Shown piece after piece: positions 46,115 through 56,147 of a stretch of 64,000 nucleotides of DNA. The stretch is from contig JBBQTP010000001.1 of NCBI GenBank assembly GCA_038213205.1, positions 370-64,369 on the forward strand, written 5' to 3'. The stretch's first letter is position 1, and the number at the start of each line of letters is the position of its first letter. Both the position numbers and the translations under genes were made by a program. The stretch comes from Caulobacterales bacterium. Its GTDB lineage: Bacteria > Pseudomonadota > Alphaproteobacteria > Caulobacterales > Caulobacteraceae. A model generated the notes under the pieces. It saw nothing but the letters and a program-made list of their open reading frames with translations. It was not told the DNA's origin and ran no database searches.

Positions 46115-47332
46115 ATGAAGACCCTGATGATCGCCGCGGGAGCGGCAGCGCTCCTGACAGGCGCCGCGGAGGCCAAGACCCTGAACGTGACGCCAGGTGG
46201 CGATGTGCAGGAAAAGCTGCAGACCGCGCTGCTGGACGCCAAGCCGGGCGACACGGTGATGATCGCCGCGGGCCGCTATGAGCTGACTGACGGCCTGTCG
46301 CTGGACGTGGCGGGCGTGACGGTGAAGGGCGCAGGGCCTGACGCCACCGTACTGTCGTTCAAAGGCCAGAAGAGTTCCGGCGAGGCGTTCCTGGTGACCT
46401 CCAACAAGGTCGTGGTGCGCGATCTGGCCGTCGAGGATTCCAAGGGCGACGGGATCAAGTCGAAGGGCGTCGACCAGATCAGCTTCTTGAACCTGCGCGT
46501 CGAATGGACCGGCGGGCCGAAGGACACCAACGGCGCCTACGGGGTTTATCCGGTGGCCTCGACCAATGTGCTGATCGACAAGGTGACGGTGAAGGGCGCG
46601 GCTGACGCCGGCATCTATGTCGGCCAGTCGAAGAACATTATCGTGCGCAACAGCCGCGCCGAGATGAACGTCGCCGGGATCGAGATCGAGAACTCGATGA
46701 ACGCTGACGTGCACGACAACATCTCGACCCACAACGCCGGCGGCATACTGGTGTTCGACCTGCCGAACCTGCCGCAGATGGGCGGGCACTCCACGCGAAT
46801 CTTCAACAACAAGGTGGTGTTGAACGACACGCAGAACTTCGCGCGCAAGGGGGCGATCGTCCGCGACGTGCCAACCGGCACCGGCATTATGCTGATGGCC
46901 AACCGCGACGTTCACGTGTTCGGCAATGAGATCGATCAGAACAAGACCGCCGCCATCCTGCTGGTCAGCTACACGCAGGCCTATGACGATCTGACCTACA
47001 ACCCGCTGCCCCGCGACATCGTGGTGCGCGACAACAAGATCGGCAAGAACGGCTGGGATCCTCAATTCCCGGGCGGCGACGTGGTGGCCAAGGCGCTGGG
47101 CGGTACCCTGCCCCCGGTGATCTGGGACGGGGTGACCAACTATACGCGGAAGGGCGCCACGACGCCGGAGATGGTGCACGTGCGCCTGCTGGACGGGCCG
47201 GTGGCCAATCTGCATTTCGCCGCGCCAGGCTCGATCTTCACCGCCAAGCCGGCGGTAGTGCCGTCGATCGACGACGGCGCGATGCCGGAGCCCAAGCCGG
47301 TGGTCCTGCCAAAGGCGCAAACCGCCCTATGA
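46115..47332 (+). CDS. secreted parallel beta-helix repeat protein (TIGR03805-like)
   Basis: Start MKTLMIAAGAAALLTGAAEA with a GGAGGA RBS. Right-handed beta-helix repeats (GIKSKGVD, AGIYVGQSKNIIVRN, AGIEIENS, GGILVFD). Confidence 0.75.
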   Translation: MKTLMIAAGAAALLTGAAEAKTLNVTPGGDVQEKLQTALLDAKPGDTVMIAAGRYELTDGLSLDVAGVTVKGAGPDATVLSFKGQKSSGEAFLVTSNKVVVRDLAVEDSKGDGIKSKGVDQISFLNLRVEWTGGPKDTNGAYGVYPVASTNVLIDKVTVKGAADAGIYVGQSKNIIVRNSRAEMNVAGIEIENSMNADVHDNISTHNAGGILVFDLPNLPQMGGHSTRIFNNKVVLNDTQNFARKGAIVRDVPTGTGIMLMANRDVHVFGNEIDQNKTAAILLVSYTQAYDDLTYNPLPRDIVVRDNKIGKNGWDPQFPGGDVVAKALGGTLPPVIWDGVTNYTRKGATTPEMVHVRLLDGPVANLHFAAPGSIFTAKPAVVPSIDDGAMPEPKPVVLPKAQTAL

Positions 47333-48384
47333 TGCGGGTGTTTGCGGCGGCGGCGGCGGTGGTCTGCCTGGGTGCGGGACCGGCGCCCGGTGGCGGGGCC
47401 TTGGATGTGTTGCTGGCCGCCAAGCCTGCGGAGACGCTGGCGGACTATCATCTGTTCACTGACGATGGCGCACAGCATCCGAACGAGGGCGTCACGCCCT
47501 ATGCGCTGAACACACCGCTGTTCAGTGACTATGCGGAGAAGACACGCTTCGTCTTCCTGCCGCCCGGGACCAAAGCGAAGTATCGGCCTACCGGCGCGCT
47601 GGATTTGCCAGTGGGCGCGGCGCTGATCAAGACCTTCGCCTATCCGGCGGACTTCCGTCATCCGACCGAGAACGTCCGTAAGCTGGAGACCCGGCTGCTG
47701 ATTCATCGGCGAAGCGGCTGGACGGCGCAGACCTACGTCTGGAACGCGGCGCAGACGGACGCCGTCCTGAAGCGCGCCGGGCCGCGCATCGACGTCAGCT
47801 TCATCGACGCCAAGGGGCAGAGCCGACAGGTCGACTACAAGGTGCCCAATTCCAATCAGTGCAAGGAGTGCCATTCTCTGTCCGGCCGTATCGCGCCGAT
47901 CGGGGTGAAGGCGCGCAACTTGAACGGCGCCTTCGCCTATGCCGAAGGCGCGGAGAACCAGCTGGCGCACTGGAGCCGTCTAGGCCTGCTGGTCGGCGCG
48001 CCGACGCCGGACAAGGTTCCACGCACCGCGGCGTGGGACGATCCGCACGCGCCGCTGGCCGATCGCGCGCGGGCTTATCTCGACGGCAACTGCGGCCACT
48101 GCCACAACCCGCGCGGCATGGGGTCCAACACCGGCCTGTTCCTCGACCTGGAGGAGGCGCGGCCCAATCGGCTGGGCTTCGGCAAGCGGCCGGTGGCGGC
48201 GGGCAAGGGCTCCGGCGACCTGGAGGTCGACCTGGTCCCCGGTCGCCCCGACGCCTCGATCATCGCCTACCGCATGGCCTCGACGGACCCGGGCGTGATG
48301 ATGCCGGAGCTGGGGCGGTCCCTGGTGCATGAGGAGGGCCTGGCCCTGGTGCGCGACTTCATCGCCAAGCTGAAGACGCCCTAG
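47329..48384 (+). CDS. diheme c-type cytochrome partner of the beta-helix protein (HNE_0200 / SO_2930 family-like)
   Basis: 351 aa with a signal peptide and two CxxCH motifs (CKECH, CGHCH). ATGA overlap with the beta-helix gene. Confidence 0.7.
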   Translation: MMRVFAAAAAVVCLGAGPAPGGGALDVLLAAKPAETLADYHLFTDDGAQHPNEGVTPYALNTPLFSDYAEKTRFVFLPPGTKAKYRPTGALDLPVGAALIKTFAYPADFRHPTENVRKLETRLLIHRRSGWTAQTYVWNAAQTDAVLKRAGPRIDVSFIDAKGQSRQVDYKVPNSNQCKECHSLSGRIAPIGVKARNLNGAFAYAEGAENQLAHWSRLGLLVGAPTPDKVPRTAAWDDPHAPLADRARAYLDGNCGHCHNPRGMGSNTGLFLDLEEARPNRLGFGKRPVAAGKGSGDLEVDLVPGRPDASIIAYRMASTDPGVMMPELGRSLVHEEGLALVRDFIAKLKTP

Positions 48385-49616
48385 AGGAGGTCGCCGCCGC
48401 AGGCGCCGGCGGTCGAGCCAGTGGCCTTGAACGACTTGATGACGTTGCGGCCCACGGTCCAGCGGTGAACCTCGTCCGGCCCATCGACCAGGCGCTGCGA
48501 ACGGATGTGGGTGTACCAGGCGGCGAGCGGCGTATCGCGGCTGTAGCCCAGCGCGCCGTGCAGCTGGATCGCGGTGTCGACCACATGGTGCACCATGTGC
48601 GCCAGGTAGACCTTGGCAATGGAATTCTCCTGGCGCATGTCCATGCCCTTCTCCGCCTTGTAGGCGATGTGCAGGAGCATCAGGCGCGAGATGTAGAGCT
48701 GGCTCGCGCACTCGGCCATCATGAACTGCACGGCCTGGCGCTCGTCCAGCTTCTTGCCGAAGGTCTCGCGGTTGGTGATGTGCGCGGCGGCGAGATCGAG
48801 CGCGCGCTGGGCCATGGCGATGTTGTGCATGCCGTGACGCAGGCGCCCGTAGGCCAGGCGGTGCTGGCCCATGTCGAAGCCCTTGCCCTCGCCACCGACG
48901 ATGTTCTCGGCCGGGACCACCAGGTCCTTGATCTCGATCTCGGAGTGGCCGCCGCCCATGATGTGCGAAAGCGGGCCTTCGGCGGCCATGGTCGGAATGT
49001 CGCGCTTGATCTTGTAGCCAGGGTTCGGCAGCTCGACGATGAAGGTTGAGAACTGCTGGTGGCGCGGGCCCTCGGTGTCGGTGCGGGCCATGACCAGGGC
49101 GAGGTCGGCGGCGGATGCGGCCGACGAGAACCACTTCTCGCCGTTCAGTACATAGTTCTCGTTGCCGTCCTTGACCGCGGTGGTGCGCATGCCTGTGGCG
49201 TCGGCGCCGGCGGCCTTCTCGGTCATCGAGTAGCAGACGCGTTTTTCGCCGTTCAGCAGCGGCTTGAGGAACTTCTCTTTCTGGAACTCGGTGCCGTGGG
49301 CGATCAGCGTCAGGATGGTGGCGTCGTCAGGCCCCTGGCTGTTCATGGAGAGCGCGCCGACGTAGCTCTCGCCCAGCTCCATCTGCACCAGGGCGTTGGC
49401 CAGCGGGCCCAGCCCCATGCCGCCGTATTCCTTCGGCACGAAGGGCATCCACAGCCCCTGGCCGCGGGCCTTCTTGCGCAGCTCGTCGATGACCTTCTTG
49501 TAGCTCGCCTTGTCCTTGATCTTCTCCTGGGCCGGGATGCATTCGTCGTGCACCCACTGGCGGACCTTCTCGCGAATGGCCTTGGCTTCAGCGGGGATTT
49601 CGAAGTCGATCGACAT
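48381..49616 (-). CDS. acyl-CoA dehydrogenase
   Basis: 411 aa. ACAD N, middle and C domains (YSMTEKAAGADATGM, ...GGEGKGF...). Its stop overlaps the convergent cytochrome gene stop. Confidence 0.9.
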   Translation of the reverse strand: MSIDFEIPAEAKAIREKVRQWVHDECIPAQEKIKDKASYKKVIDELRKKARGQGLWMPFVPKEYGGMGLGPLANALVQMELGESYVGALSMNSQGPDDATILTLIAHGTEFQKEKFLKPLLNGEKRVCYSMTEKAAGADATGMRTTAVKDGNENYVLNGEKWFSSAASAADLALVMARTDTEGPRHQQFSTFIVELPNPGYKIKRDIPTMAAEGPLSHIMGGGHSEIEIKDLVVPAENIVGGEGKGFDMGQHRLAYGRLRHGMHNIAMAQRALDLAAAHITNRETFGKKLDERQAVQFMMAECASQLYISRLMLLHIAYKAEKGMDMRQENSIAKVYLAHMVHHVVDTAIQLHGALGYSRDTPLAAWYTHIRSQRLVDGPDEVHRWTVGRNVIKSFKATGSTAGACGGDLL

Positions 49617-49720
49617 GGCGGTTCCTCAGGTTCTTGTTCGTTGGAACCAGCCAACGACGCCGCGGCGTGGGGAGCAAGCCGCAACGTTCAAACAAGCGTA
49701 AGAAAACCGCCGGATCGGGC

Positions 49721-49924
49721 TTAGGGCTTGGGCGTCGCGCCGCGTTCGCCGGTTTCCTTGCGGGCGCGCTCGAGGTCTTCACCGTCCGGGCCGTCGAGGG
49801 CCTGTTCGGCTTCGCGGGCCTTCTTCTCCACCGGGCCGGTTTTCACGAAAGCGCGTTCCTCGGCGTCGAATTCGCGGGCGGCGGCGTAGTTGCCTTCGCC
49901 CTGGATGTCCTTGTTGTCGGTCAT
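49721..49924 (-). CDS. small acidic hypothetical protein
   Basis: 67 aa with ATG, a GGAGG RBS and good codon bias. No family recognised. Confidence 0.5.
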   Translation of the reverse strand: MTDNKDIQGEGNYAAAREFDAEERAFVKTGPVEKKAREAEQALDGPDGEDLERARKETGERGATPKP

Positions 49925-50084
49925 TGCGGGAGCCTCCGTTGCCTGTCGGAGCTAACCCGGCGCGGGTCCGCAAGTTCCAGATAGAGCGGTTCGATGCTGG
50001 CGATAGAGACAAACGATTGGCTCTATTTCCGTTCGTGAGGCTAGTAGGTCATTGAAGTCGTCCACCCAGCGCACGGAGACCATC

Positions 50085-50501
50085 ATGAGCCTTGGCAGCA
50101 GCAAGACCCTCGAGAACCTGAAAGCCGCCTTCGCGGGCGAGAGCCAGGCAAACCGGCGCTACCTCTACTTCGCGCAGAAGGCCGACGTGGAAGGCTACAA
50201 CGACGTGGCCGCGGTGTTCCGCTCCACCGCCGAAGGCGAGACCGGCCACGCGCACGGGCATCTTGAGTTCATGGAAGCCGTCGGCGACCCCGCCACCGGC
50301 CTGCCGATCGGCCCCACGGGCGACAACCTAAAGGCCGCCATCGCCGGCGAGACCCACGAATACACCGACATGTATCCGGGCATGGCGCGCACCGCCCGCG
50401 AAGAAAACTTCGACGAAATCGCCGACTGGTTCGAGACCTTGGCCAAGGCTGAGAAGTCCCATGCCGGCCGCTTCCAACGCGCGCTCGACACCCTCGACTG
50501 A
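50085..50501 (+). CDS. rubrerythrin-family (ferritin-like diiron) protein, no rubredoxin domain
   Basis: Start [26 protein letters not shown] with a GGAGA RBS. ExxH pairs ([22 protein letters not shown]). Confidence 0.85.
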   Translation: MSLGSSKTLENLKAAFAGESQANRRYLYFAQKADVEGYNDVAAVFRSTAEGETGHAHGHLEFMEAVGDPATGLPIGPTGDNLKAAIAGETHEYTDMYPGMARTAREENFDEIADWFETLAKAEKSHAGRFQRALDTLD

Positions 50502-50568
50502 TCCTTTCGCGGATTAGTCGGCATTAACTCCAGGCGGCGGCCATGATGGCCGCCGTCGTGGGTTCCAC

Positions 50569-51990
50569 GTGGCAGGATCAGACGTGAGCGAAAGACCCCC
50601 GAAACCGGTTAATGGGAAATCTCCCGGCGAAATGGGTAGCGGCCCTCCGCGGGAGGGCAGTCTCGACGCGCCATTCCGCCATCCAATCGCCTGGCGGGAC
50701 GACGACTACTACGACCTGGCCAAGGTTGAGGCTGAGATGGAGCGGCAGTTCGACGTCTGTCACACCTGCCGGCGCTGCTTCAATCTTTGCGACAGCTTCC
50801 CGCGGCTCTTCGACTTGATCGACGAGAGCAAGACCGGCGAGCTGGATAGCGTTTCGAAGAGCGACTACGCCAAGGTCGATGAGGCCTGCACGCTCTGCGA
50901 CATGTGCTTCCTCACCAAGTGCCCCTACGTGCCGCCGCACGTCTTCGACATCGACATCCCACACCTGATCGTCCGCTATCGCGCCGCTAGGCGCCGGGCC
51001 GGCGAGCGCCATTTCGTGCGCGAGCAGCTGGGCCAGACCGACCGCAACGGCAAGCTCGCCAAGCCGGTCGCGGCGCTGGCCAATGCGATGAGCGCGCGGA
51101 AGAATACGCCGCTGCGCAAGCTGCTCGAGGCGATCACCGAGATCGACGCCGAGGTGGAGCTGCCGAAGTATCATTCGAAGACGGCGACCGATCGGCTGAA
51201 GAGCCCGCTAGCGGCGAACCCCGACGGCCCCGCGTTCGGCAAGCGCAGAGTGGCGCTCTATGCCACCTGCTTCGTCGACTACAACGAGCCCGACACGGCG
51301 GTGGCGGCCGCCAAGGTGCTGGCGCGGCAGGGCGTCGAGGTGAAGCTGGTCTATCCGGAATGCTGCGGCATGCCGCAGCTGGAGGGCGGCGACCTGAAGG
51401 ACGTGGCCGGGCGCGCGGAGCGAGTCGCCAAGGTGTTCGCGCCGTTGATCGAGGACGGCTATGACGTCGTCGCGCTGACCGCGTCCTGCGGCCTGATGAT
51501 GAAGTTCGAGTGGCCGCTGATCGAGCCTCAGAACAAGGCGGTCGCGGCCCTGTCCCGCGCGACCAAGGACATCTGCGAATATGTTGTCGAGCTTTCGAAG
51601 GCCTATGGCCTGGCGCCCGGCCTCACGCCGGTGGAGGGTGGCATCACCCTGCACCACGCCTGCCACGCGCGGGCGCAGAACATGGGCGCCAAGTCGGCCG
51701 AGATGCTGCGGCTGATCCCGGAGACGCGGGTCGAGCTGGTAGAGCGCTGCTCCGGCCACGGTGGCACCTTCGGGGTGATGAAGCCAACCTCGGCGGTGGC
51801 GCGGAAGGTCGGCCGCCCGGCCGCGCGCCTGGTCGCCGCGAAGAACACCGAGACGCTCTGTTCCGACTGCCCGTTGGCCTGCAAGCACCTCGGCCAGCTG
51901 CTGGTCGCCGAAACCCCTGACGCGGCGGCGGGGACGCCACGCCAGGCCCATCCCATCGAGATCTTCGCCCGCGCATACGGGGCGACATGA
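50569..51990 (+). CDS. (Fe-S)-binding protein with two 4Fe-4S motifs and CCG domains (HdrD/GlpC-like)
   Basis: [15 protein letters not shown] and [14 protein letters not shown], followed by Cys-rich CCG-type repeats (ECCGMP, ...CSGHGG). An alternative GTG start lies at 50584. Confidence 0.8.
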   Translation: MAGSDVSERPPKPVNGKSPGEMGSGPPREGSLDAPFRHPIAWRDDDYYDLAKVEAEMERQFDVCHTCRRCFNLCDSFPRLFDLIDESKTGELDSVSKSDYAKVDEACTLCDMCFLTKCPYVPPHVFDIDIPHLIVRYRAARRRAGERHFVREQLGQTDRNGKLAKPVAALANAMSARKNTPLRKLLEAITEIDAEVELPKYHSKTATDRLKSPLAANPDGPAFGKRRVALYATCFVDYNEPDTAVAAAKVLARQGVEVKLVYPECCGMPQLEGGDLKDVAGRAERVAKVFAPLIEDGYDVVALTASCGLMMKFEWPLIEPQNKAVAALSRATKDICEYVVELSKAYGLAPGLTPVEGGITLHHACHARAQNMGAKSAEMLRLIPETRVELVERCSGHGGTFGVMKPTSAVARKVGRPAARLVAAKNTETLCSDCPLACKHLGQLLVAETPDAAAGTPRQAHPIEIFARAYGAT

Positions 51991-52595
51991 AGGAGTACGT
52001 CATGCCCCCCGCCAAGCGCCAGATTACGCCGGCCGATCTGATCCCCGACGGCGACTACGCGCGCCAGCGCCGCGAGCGCCGCGCCACCCTGCTGCCGATC
52101 AAGCGCCTGCGCCGCGTGGCGCTCGGACCGGTCTGCACGGTTCTGTTCGAGAGCTACGACACCATGCTCTTCCAGGAGCAGGAGATGCTGCTCACCGAGA
52201 AGGGCGGGGCCGTCCAGGTGCCCGACGAACTCGCCGCCTACAATCCGCTGATCCCGCAGGGCTCGGAACTGGTGGCCACGGTGATGTTCGAGATCGACGA
52301 CCCGGTGCGCCGCGCCGAGATCCTGGCCCGGCTGGGCGGTGTCGAGGATTGCTTCTTCATCGCCATCGGCACGGAGGCCGCCCTTGGCGTCTCCGAGGGT
52401 GACGTGGAGCGCACGCGCGAGGACGGCAAGACCTCCTCGGTGCTGTTCGTTCGCTTCACGCTTCGCGCCGAACAGATCGCCCGGTTCCGCGACCCGAGCA
52501 CGCCGATCATGATCGGCTGCAGCCACGACGAGTACAGCCACCTGGCCGGCCTGACCCCGGCCGCACGCGCGGAGTTGGCGAAGGACTTCGCGTAG
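51987..52595 (+). CDS. DUF3501-family protein
   Basis: 202 aa with an ATGA overlap to the Fe-S gene. Called from overall resemblance and the conserved rubrerythrin/Fe-S/DUF3501 gene context (from memory). Confidence 0.6.
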   Translation: MKEYVMPPAKRQITPADLIPDGDYARQRRERRATLLPIKRLRRVALGPVCTVLFESYDTMLFQEQEMLLTEKGGAVQVPDELAAYNPLIPQGSELVATVMFEIDDPVRRAEILARLGGVEDCFFIAIGTEAALGVSEGDVERTREDGKTSSVLFVRFTLRAEQIARFRDPSTPIMIGCSHDEYSHLAGLTPAARAELAKDFA

Positions 52596-52718
52596 GCATC
52601 CTCTCCCCTCTCGCGGCGCGAAGGGAGAGGAGTGGCGCTTGTGCCGCCCCGGCTTTCCCGTCCATCCTGCCCGTCCGGACCCGCCCTAAAGAGCGGGCCG
52701 CCCTGGGAGGGTTAGATT

Positions 52719-54056
52719 TTGACCACTGCGACCGCGCCGACGCCTGTGCCCGCCGCCACCCTGCGACAGGTGGTGCTGGCCTCGATGATCGGCACCACCA
52801 TCGAGTGGTACGATTTCTTCCTCTACGGCTCTGCCTCGGCCCTGGTGTTCGGCAAGCTGTTCTTCCCGAAGGCCGATCCGACGACCGGCGTCATGCTGTC
52901 GTTCGCGACCTACGCCCTGGGCTTCGTGGCCCGGCCGCTGGGCGGGGTGATCTTCGGCCACTTCGGCGACCGCATTGGGCGCAAGCAACTCCTGATGCTG
53001 AGCCTGATGCTGATGGGCGGCTCGTCGTTCCTGATCGGTCTGCTGCCAACCTTCCAGCAGGTCGGCGTCCTCGCGCCGATCGGCCTGGTGCTGCTGCGCC
53101 TGGTGCAGGGCTTCGCGGTCGGCGGCGAGTGGGGCGGCGCAGTGCTGATGGTCACCGAATATGGCGAGGCCAAGCGGCGCGGCTTCTGGGCCGGCTGGCC
53201 GCAGGCCGGCGTGCCGGCCGGCAATCTGCTGGCCGCCGCGGTGCTGGCGATCATGTCGGCCGTGCAATCCAACGCTGACTTTCTGGCTTGGGGTTGGCGC
53301 GTGCCGTTCCTCCTGTCCGCGGTGCTGGTGGCGATCGGCTACTGGGTCCGCGTGTCCCTGGCCGAGAGCCCGCTGTTCAAGCAGACACTGGATGACGCCG
53401 ACGCCCCGCCGCGCGCGCCGGTGATCGACGCGATCCGCGAGCGGCCGGGCGGCATCGCCATCGGCGCCGGCCTGCGCGTGGGCGAGAACATCAGCTTCTA
53501 CGTCTTCGCCACCTTCGGTCTGACCTACCTCGTCGACCACCTGCATATGGCGCGCACCCTGGCGCTGAACGCCGTGCTGATCGCCACCGCGGTCGAGGTG
53601 GCGCTGATTCCGATCGCCGCCACCCTCTCCGACAAGGTGGGCCGCCGGCCGATCTACTTCTTGGGGGCGGCCGGTCTCGTCGTCTGGGGCTTCGTCTTCT
53701 TCCGCCTGATCGACACCGGTCGCACCTCGCTGATCATCCTGGCCATGATCGGCGGCCTGGCGTGTCACGGGCTGATGTACGGGCCGCAGGCGGCGTTTAT
53801 CGCCGAGCTGTTCCCGACGCGGATGCGCTACTCGGGGGCCTCGTTGGCCTATCAGGCGACCTCGATTTTCGCCGGCTCGCTGGCGCCGATCATCGCACTC
53901 TATCTGCTCGGACGGTTCAACTCGTGGGTCCCGATCGCGATCTATCTGGCGATCGCCGGGTCGATCAGCGCCTTCTCCGCGCTGAAGGCGCGGGAGACCA
54001 AGGGGCTGACCTTCGCTGAAATCGATGCGATCCCCAGAAACGAAAATGGCCGATGA
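52719..54056 (+). CDS. MFS transporter, metabolite:H+ symporter (MHS) family
   Basis: TTG start with GGGAGG 8 nt upstream. IGTTIEWYDFFLYGSASALVFGKLFFP, GHFGDRIGRK. Confidence 0.85.
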   Translation: MTTATAPTPVPAATLRQVVLASMIGTTIEWYDFFLYGSASALVFGKLFFPKADPTTGVMLSFATYALGFVARPLGGVIFGHFGDRIGRKQLLMLSLMLMGGSSFLIGLLPTFQQVGVLAPIGLVLLRLVQGFAVGGEWGGAVLMVTEYGEAKRRGFWAGWPQAGVPAGNLLAAAVLAIMSAVQSNADFLAWGWRVPFLLSAVLVAIGYWVRVSLAESPLFKQTLDDADAPPRAPVIDAIRERPGGIAIGAGLRVGENISFYVFATFGLTYLVDHLHMARTLALNAVLIATAVEVALIPIAATLSDKVGRRPIYFLGAAGLVVWGFVFFRLIDTGRTSLIILAMIGGLACHGLMYGPQAAFIAELFPTRMRYSGASLAYQATSIFAGSLAPIIALYLLGRFNSWVPIAIYLAIAGSISAFSALKARETKGLTFAEIDAIPRNENGR

Positions 54057-55381
54057 GCAGTGCGCCGCCGGTGAAGGCCGGGCCCTCCGCGGCCCTGCGC
54101 CGCAAGGTGATGCTGGCCAGCGCCATCGGCACGACGGTGGAGTGGTACGACTTCCTGCTCTACGGCACCGCCGCGGCGCTGGTGTTCGGCAAAGTGTTCT
54201 TTCCGAAATCCGATCCATTGACCGGCACGATGTTCGCCTTCGCGACCTACGGCGTGGGCTTCATGGCCCGGCCAGTGGGCGGGATCATCTTCGGCCACTA
54301 CGGCGACCGGATCGGCCGCAAGAAGCTCTTGATCATCAGCCTGCTGCTGATGGGGACCGCGACCTTCCTGATCGGCCTGCTGCCGACCTTCAACCAGGTG
54401 GGCGTGCTGGCGCCGGCGATGCTGGTGGCGCTGCGCCTGGCCCAAGGCTTCGGGCTCGGCGGCCAGTGGGGCGGGGCGATCCTGATGTCGGCGGAATATG
54501 CGGAGCCGCAGCGCCGGGGGCTGTGGACCGGCTTCACCCAGGCCGGCGGCGGGCTAGGCAATTTCCTGGCGACGGCGGTGCTGGCGATCCTGGCCGCGAC
54601 GCTCAGTCAGGAGGACTTCCTGGCCTGGGGCTGGCGCATTCCGTTCTTGTTGTCGGTGGTGCTGATCGGCATCGGCCTGTGGGTGCGCCTGTCGCTGGCC
54701 GAGAGCCCGGTGTTCGAGGCCGCCGTCGAAAAGGCCGACGGCAACGTCGCCGAGGCGCCCGTGCTGGAGACCCTGCGCACGCGGCCCTGGCGCGTGGTGC
54801 TGGGTGGCGGGCTGAAGCTGGGCGAGAACATCTCCTTCTACCTGATGACGGCTTTCGCGATCACCTACGTCACCGAGATGCTGCACCTGTCGCGCAGCGT
54901 GGCGCTGAACGGGGTGCTGGCCGGCGCGGCAGTGGCGACGGTCTCGATGCCGCTCTGGGCGTTGTTGTCAGACAAGATCGGCCGCCGCCCGGTCTATGCG
55001 TTCGGCGCAGCGGGCCTGGTGGTCTGGGCCTTCGCCTTCTATCCGCTGCTCGACACCAAATCGCCCGGGCTGATCATGTTGGCGGTGGTGGTCGGCCTGC
55101 TGGTCCACTCGGCCATGAACGGGCCGCAGGGGGCGTTCATCTCCGAGCTGTTTCCGACGCGGATCCGTTATTCGGGGGCCTCGCTCTGCTACCAGGTGAC
55201 CAGCATCGTCGGCGGGTCCTGGGCGCCGGTGATCTCGCTGGCGCTGTACCAGCGGTTCCACTCCAGCCTGCCGATCTCTATCTACCTGGCGGCCTCCTGC
55301 GCGGTGAGCTTCGTCGCGGCCCTGATAGCCAGGGAGACGACGCGGCTGACCTTCGAGGAGATCGACGCGGAGGCGGCGTGA
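54053..55381 (+). CDS. MFS transporter, MHS family (tandem paralogue)
   Basis: ATGA overlap with the previous gene. IGTTVEWYDFLLYGTAAALVFGKVFFP, GHYGDRIGRK. Roughly two-thirds identical by eye to the upstream copy over the N-terminal half. Confidence 0.85.
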   Translation: MSSAPPVKAGPSAALRRKVMLASAIGTTVEWYDFLLYGTAAALVFGKVFFPKSDPLTGTMFAFATYGVGFMARPVGGIIFGHYGDRIGRKKLLIISLLLMGTATFLIGLLPTFNQVGVLAPAMLVALRLAQGFGLGGQWGGAILMSAEYAEPQRRGLWTGFTQAGGGLGNFLATAVLAILAATLSQEDFLAWGWRIPFLLSVVLIGIGLWVRLSLAESPVFEAAVEKADGNVAEAPVLETLRTRPWRVVLGGGLKLGENISFYLMTAFAITYVTEMLHLSRSVALNGVLAGAAVATVSMPLWALLSDKIGRRPVYAFGAAGLVVWAFAFYPLLDTKSPGLIMLAVVVGLLVHSAMNGPQGAFISELFPTRIRYSGASLCYQVTSIVGGSWAPVISLALYQRFHSSLPISIYLAASCAVSFVAALIARETTRLTFEEIDAEAA

Positions 55382-55391
55382 TCCGCCCTCG

Positions 55392-56147
55392 CTAGGCGGA
55401 CCGGATCCGGGGCGCGCGCCACAGGCTGAGGGCCACGTAGGGGAACAGCGTCAGGGCCAGGTTCAGCACCAGGCGGCCGGAATAACTGGTCCACTGGGCC
55501 AGCGATTGGAAGTCGGCTGAGTAACCGATCTCGCCGTGCGCCGTGGCTGAGGGCAGTGTCACGTTGAGCTGGGCCGCCGCGCCGACCACGGCCAGTAGCA
55601 CGATGCCCAGGATCGGCCACCGCGATGGCGATCTCTGGCGCACCGCCATCGCGACCAGCGCCCATCCCAGCATTACCGGCAGCAGGGTGTTGCTGAAGAC
55701 CACTGCGCCGGCCGAAAGTCCATGCATCCAGGCCGGCAGGTCGGCGGGGGCGCCGGTGGCCTGCTTGAGCGACGTCGCCGTGGCCACCAGGCCCACCATG
55801 GCGAGCGCCGCGCCGGCGGCGAGCGCCAGGGAGGGTGCGATCAGCCAGGTCGCGACGGGCGCCTTGGCGCTCCAGGTGCGAAACTCGCGCCGGGCGATCA
55901 TGGCGCCGGCCAGTTCGTCGAGGCTGCCGAGGCGCGCCAGCGCGCGGGCCCGGGCGTCGCGCTCGTCGGCCGCCGCCTGGCGTTCCTCGGCGATCAGATC
56001 GTCCAGATGTTCGCGAAGCTCGGCGAGATAGCGGCGGGCGGGCCTGCGGGCGACGCCGCCCTGCAGCAGTGCCTCCCACAGCCTGTCAGAGGAGGGGCCG
56101 TCAAAGGCGGGGCCGTCAAACGAAAGGGGATCAGACGAGGCTAACAT
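55392..56147 (-). CDS. PadR-associated membrane protein
   Basis: 251 aa overlapping the PadR stop by 17 nt. The N-terminal helix RRYLAELREHLDDLIAEE is typical of membrane partners encoded after PadR genes. About 5 TMs. Confidence 0.6.
   Translation of the reverse strand: MLASSDPLSFDGPAFDGPSSDRLWEALLQGGVARRPARRYLAELREHLDDLIAEERQAAADERDARARALARLGSLDELAGAMIARREFRTWSAKAPVATWLIAPSLALAAGAALAMVGLVATATSLKQATGAPADLPAWMHGLSAGAVVFSNTLLPVMLGWALVAMAVRQRSPSRWPILGIVLLAVVGAAAQLNVTLPSATAHGEIGYSADFQSLAQWTSYSGRLVLNLALTLFPYVALSLWRAPRIRSA

Noticed and set aside
45443-47320. 625-aa minus-strand ORF
   Set aside because: It is antisense to the AlkB-like and beta-helix genes, which have clear motifs, RBSs and signal peptides. 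The same reasoning applies to 47980..49134(-), 52686..54218(-), 8175..9443(+), 10030..11271(-), 21204..22349(-) and 26643..27788(-).
52600-52630. Hairpin CCTCTCCC-N15-GGGAGAGG after the DUF3501 gene, considered as a terminator
   Set aside because: The stem is real but no T-tract follows. It may be a REP-like or Rho-associated structure, so it is not called as a feature.
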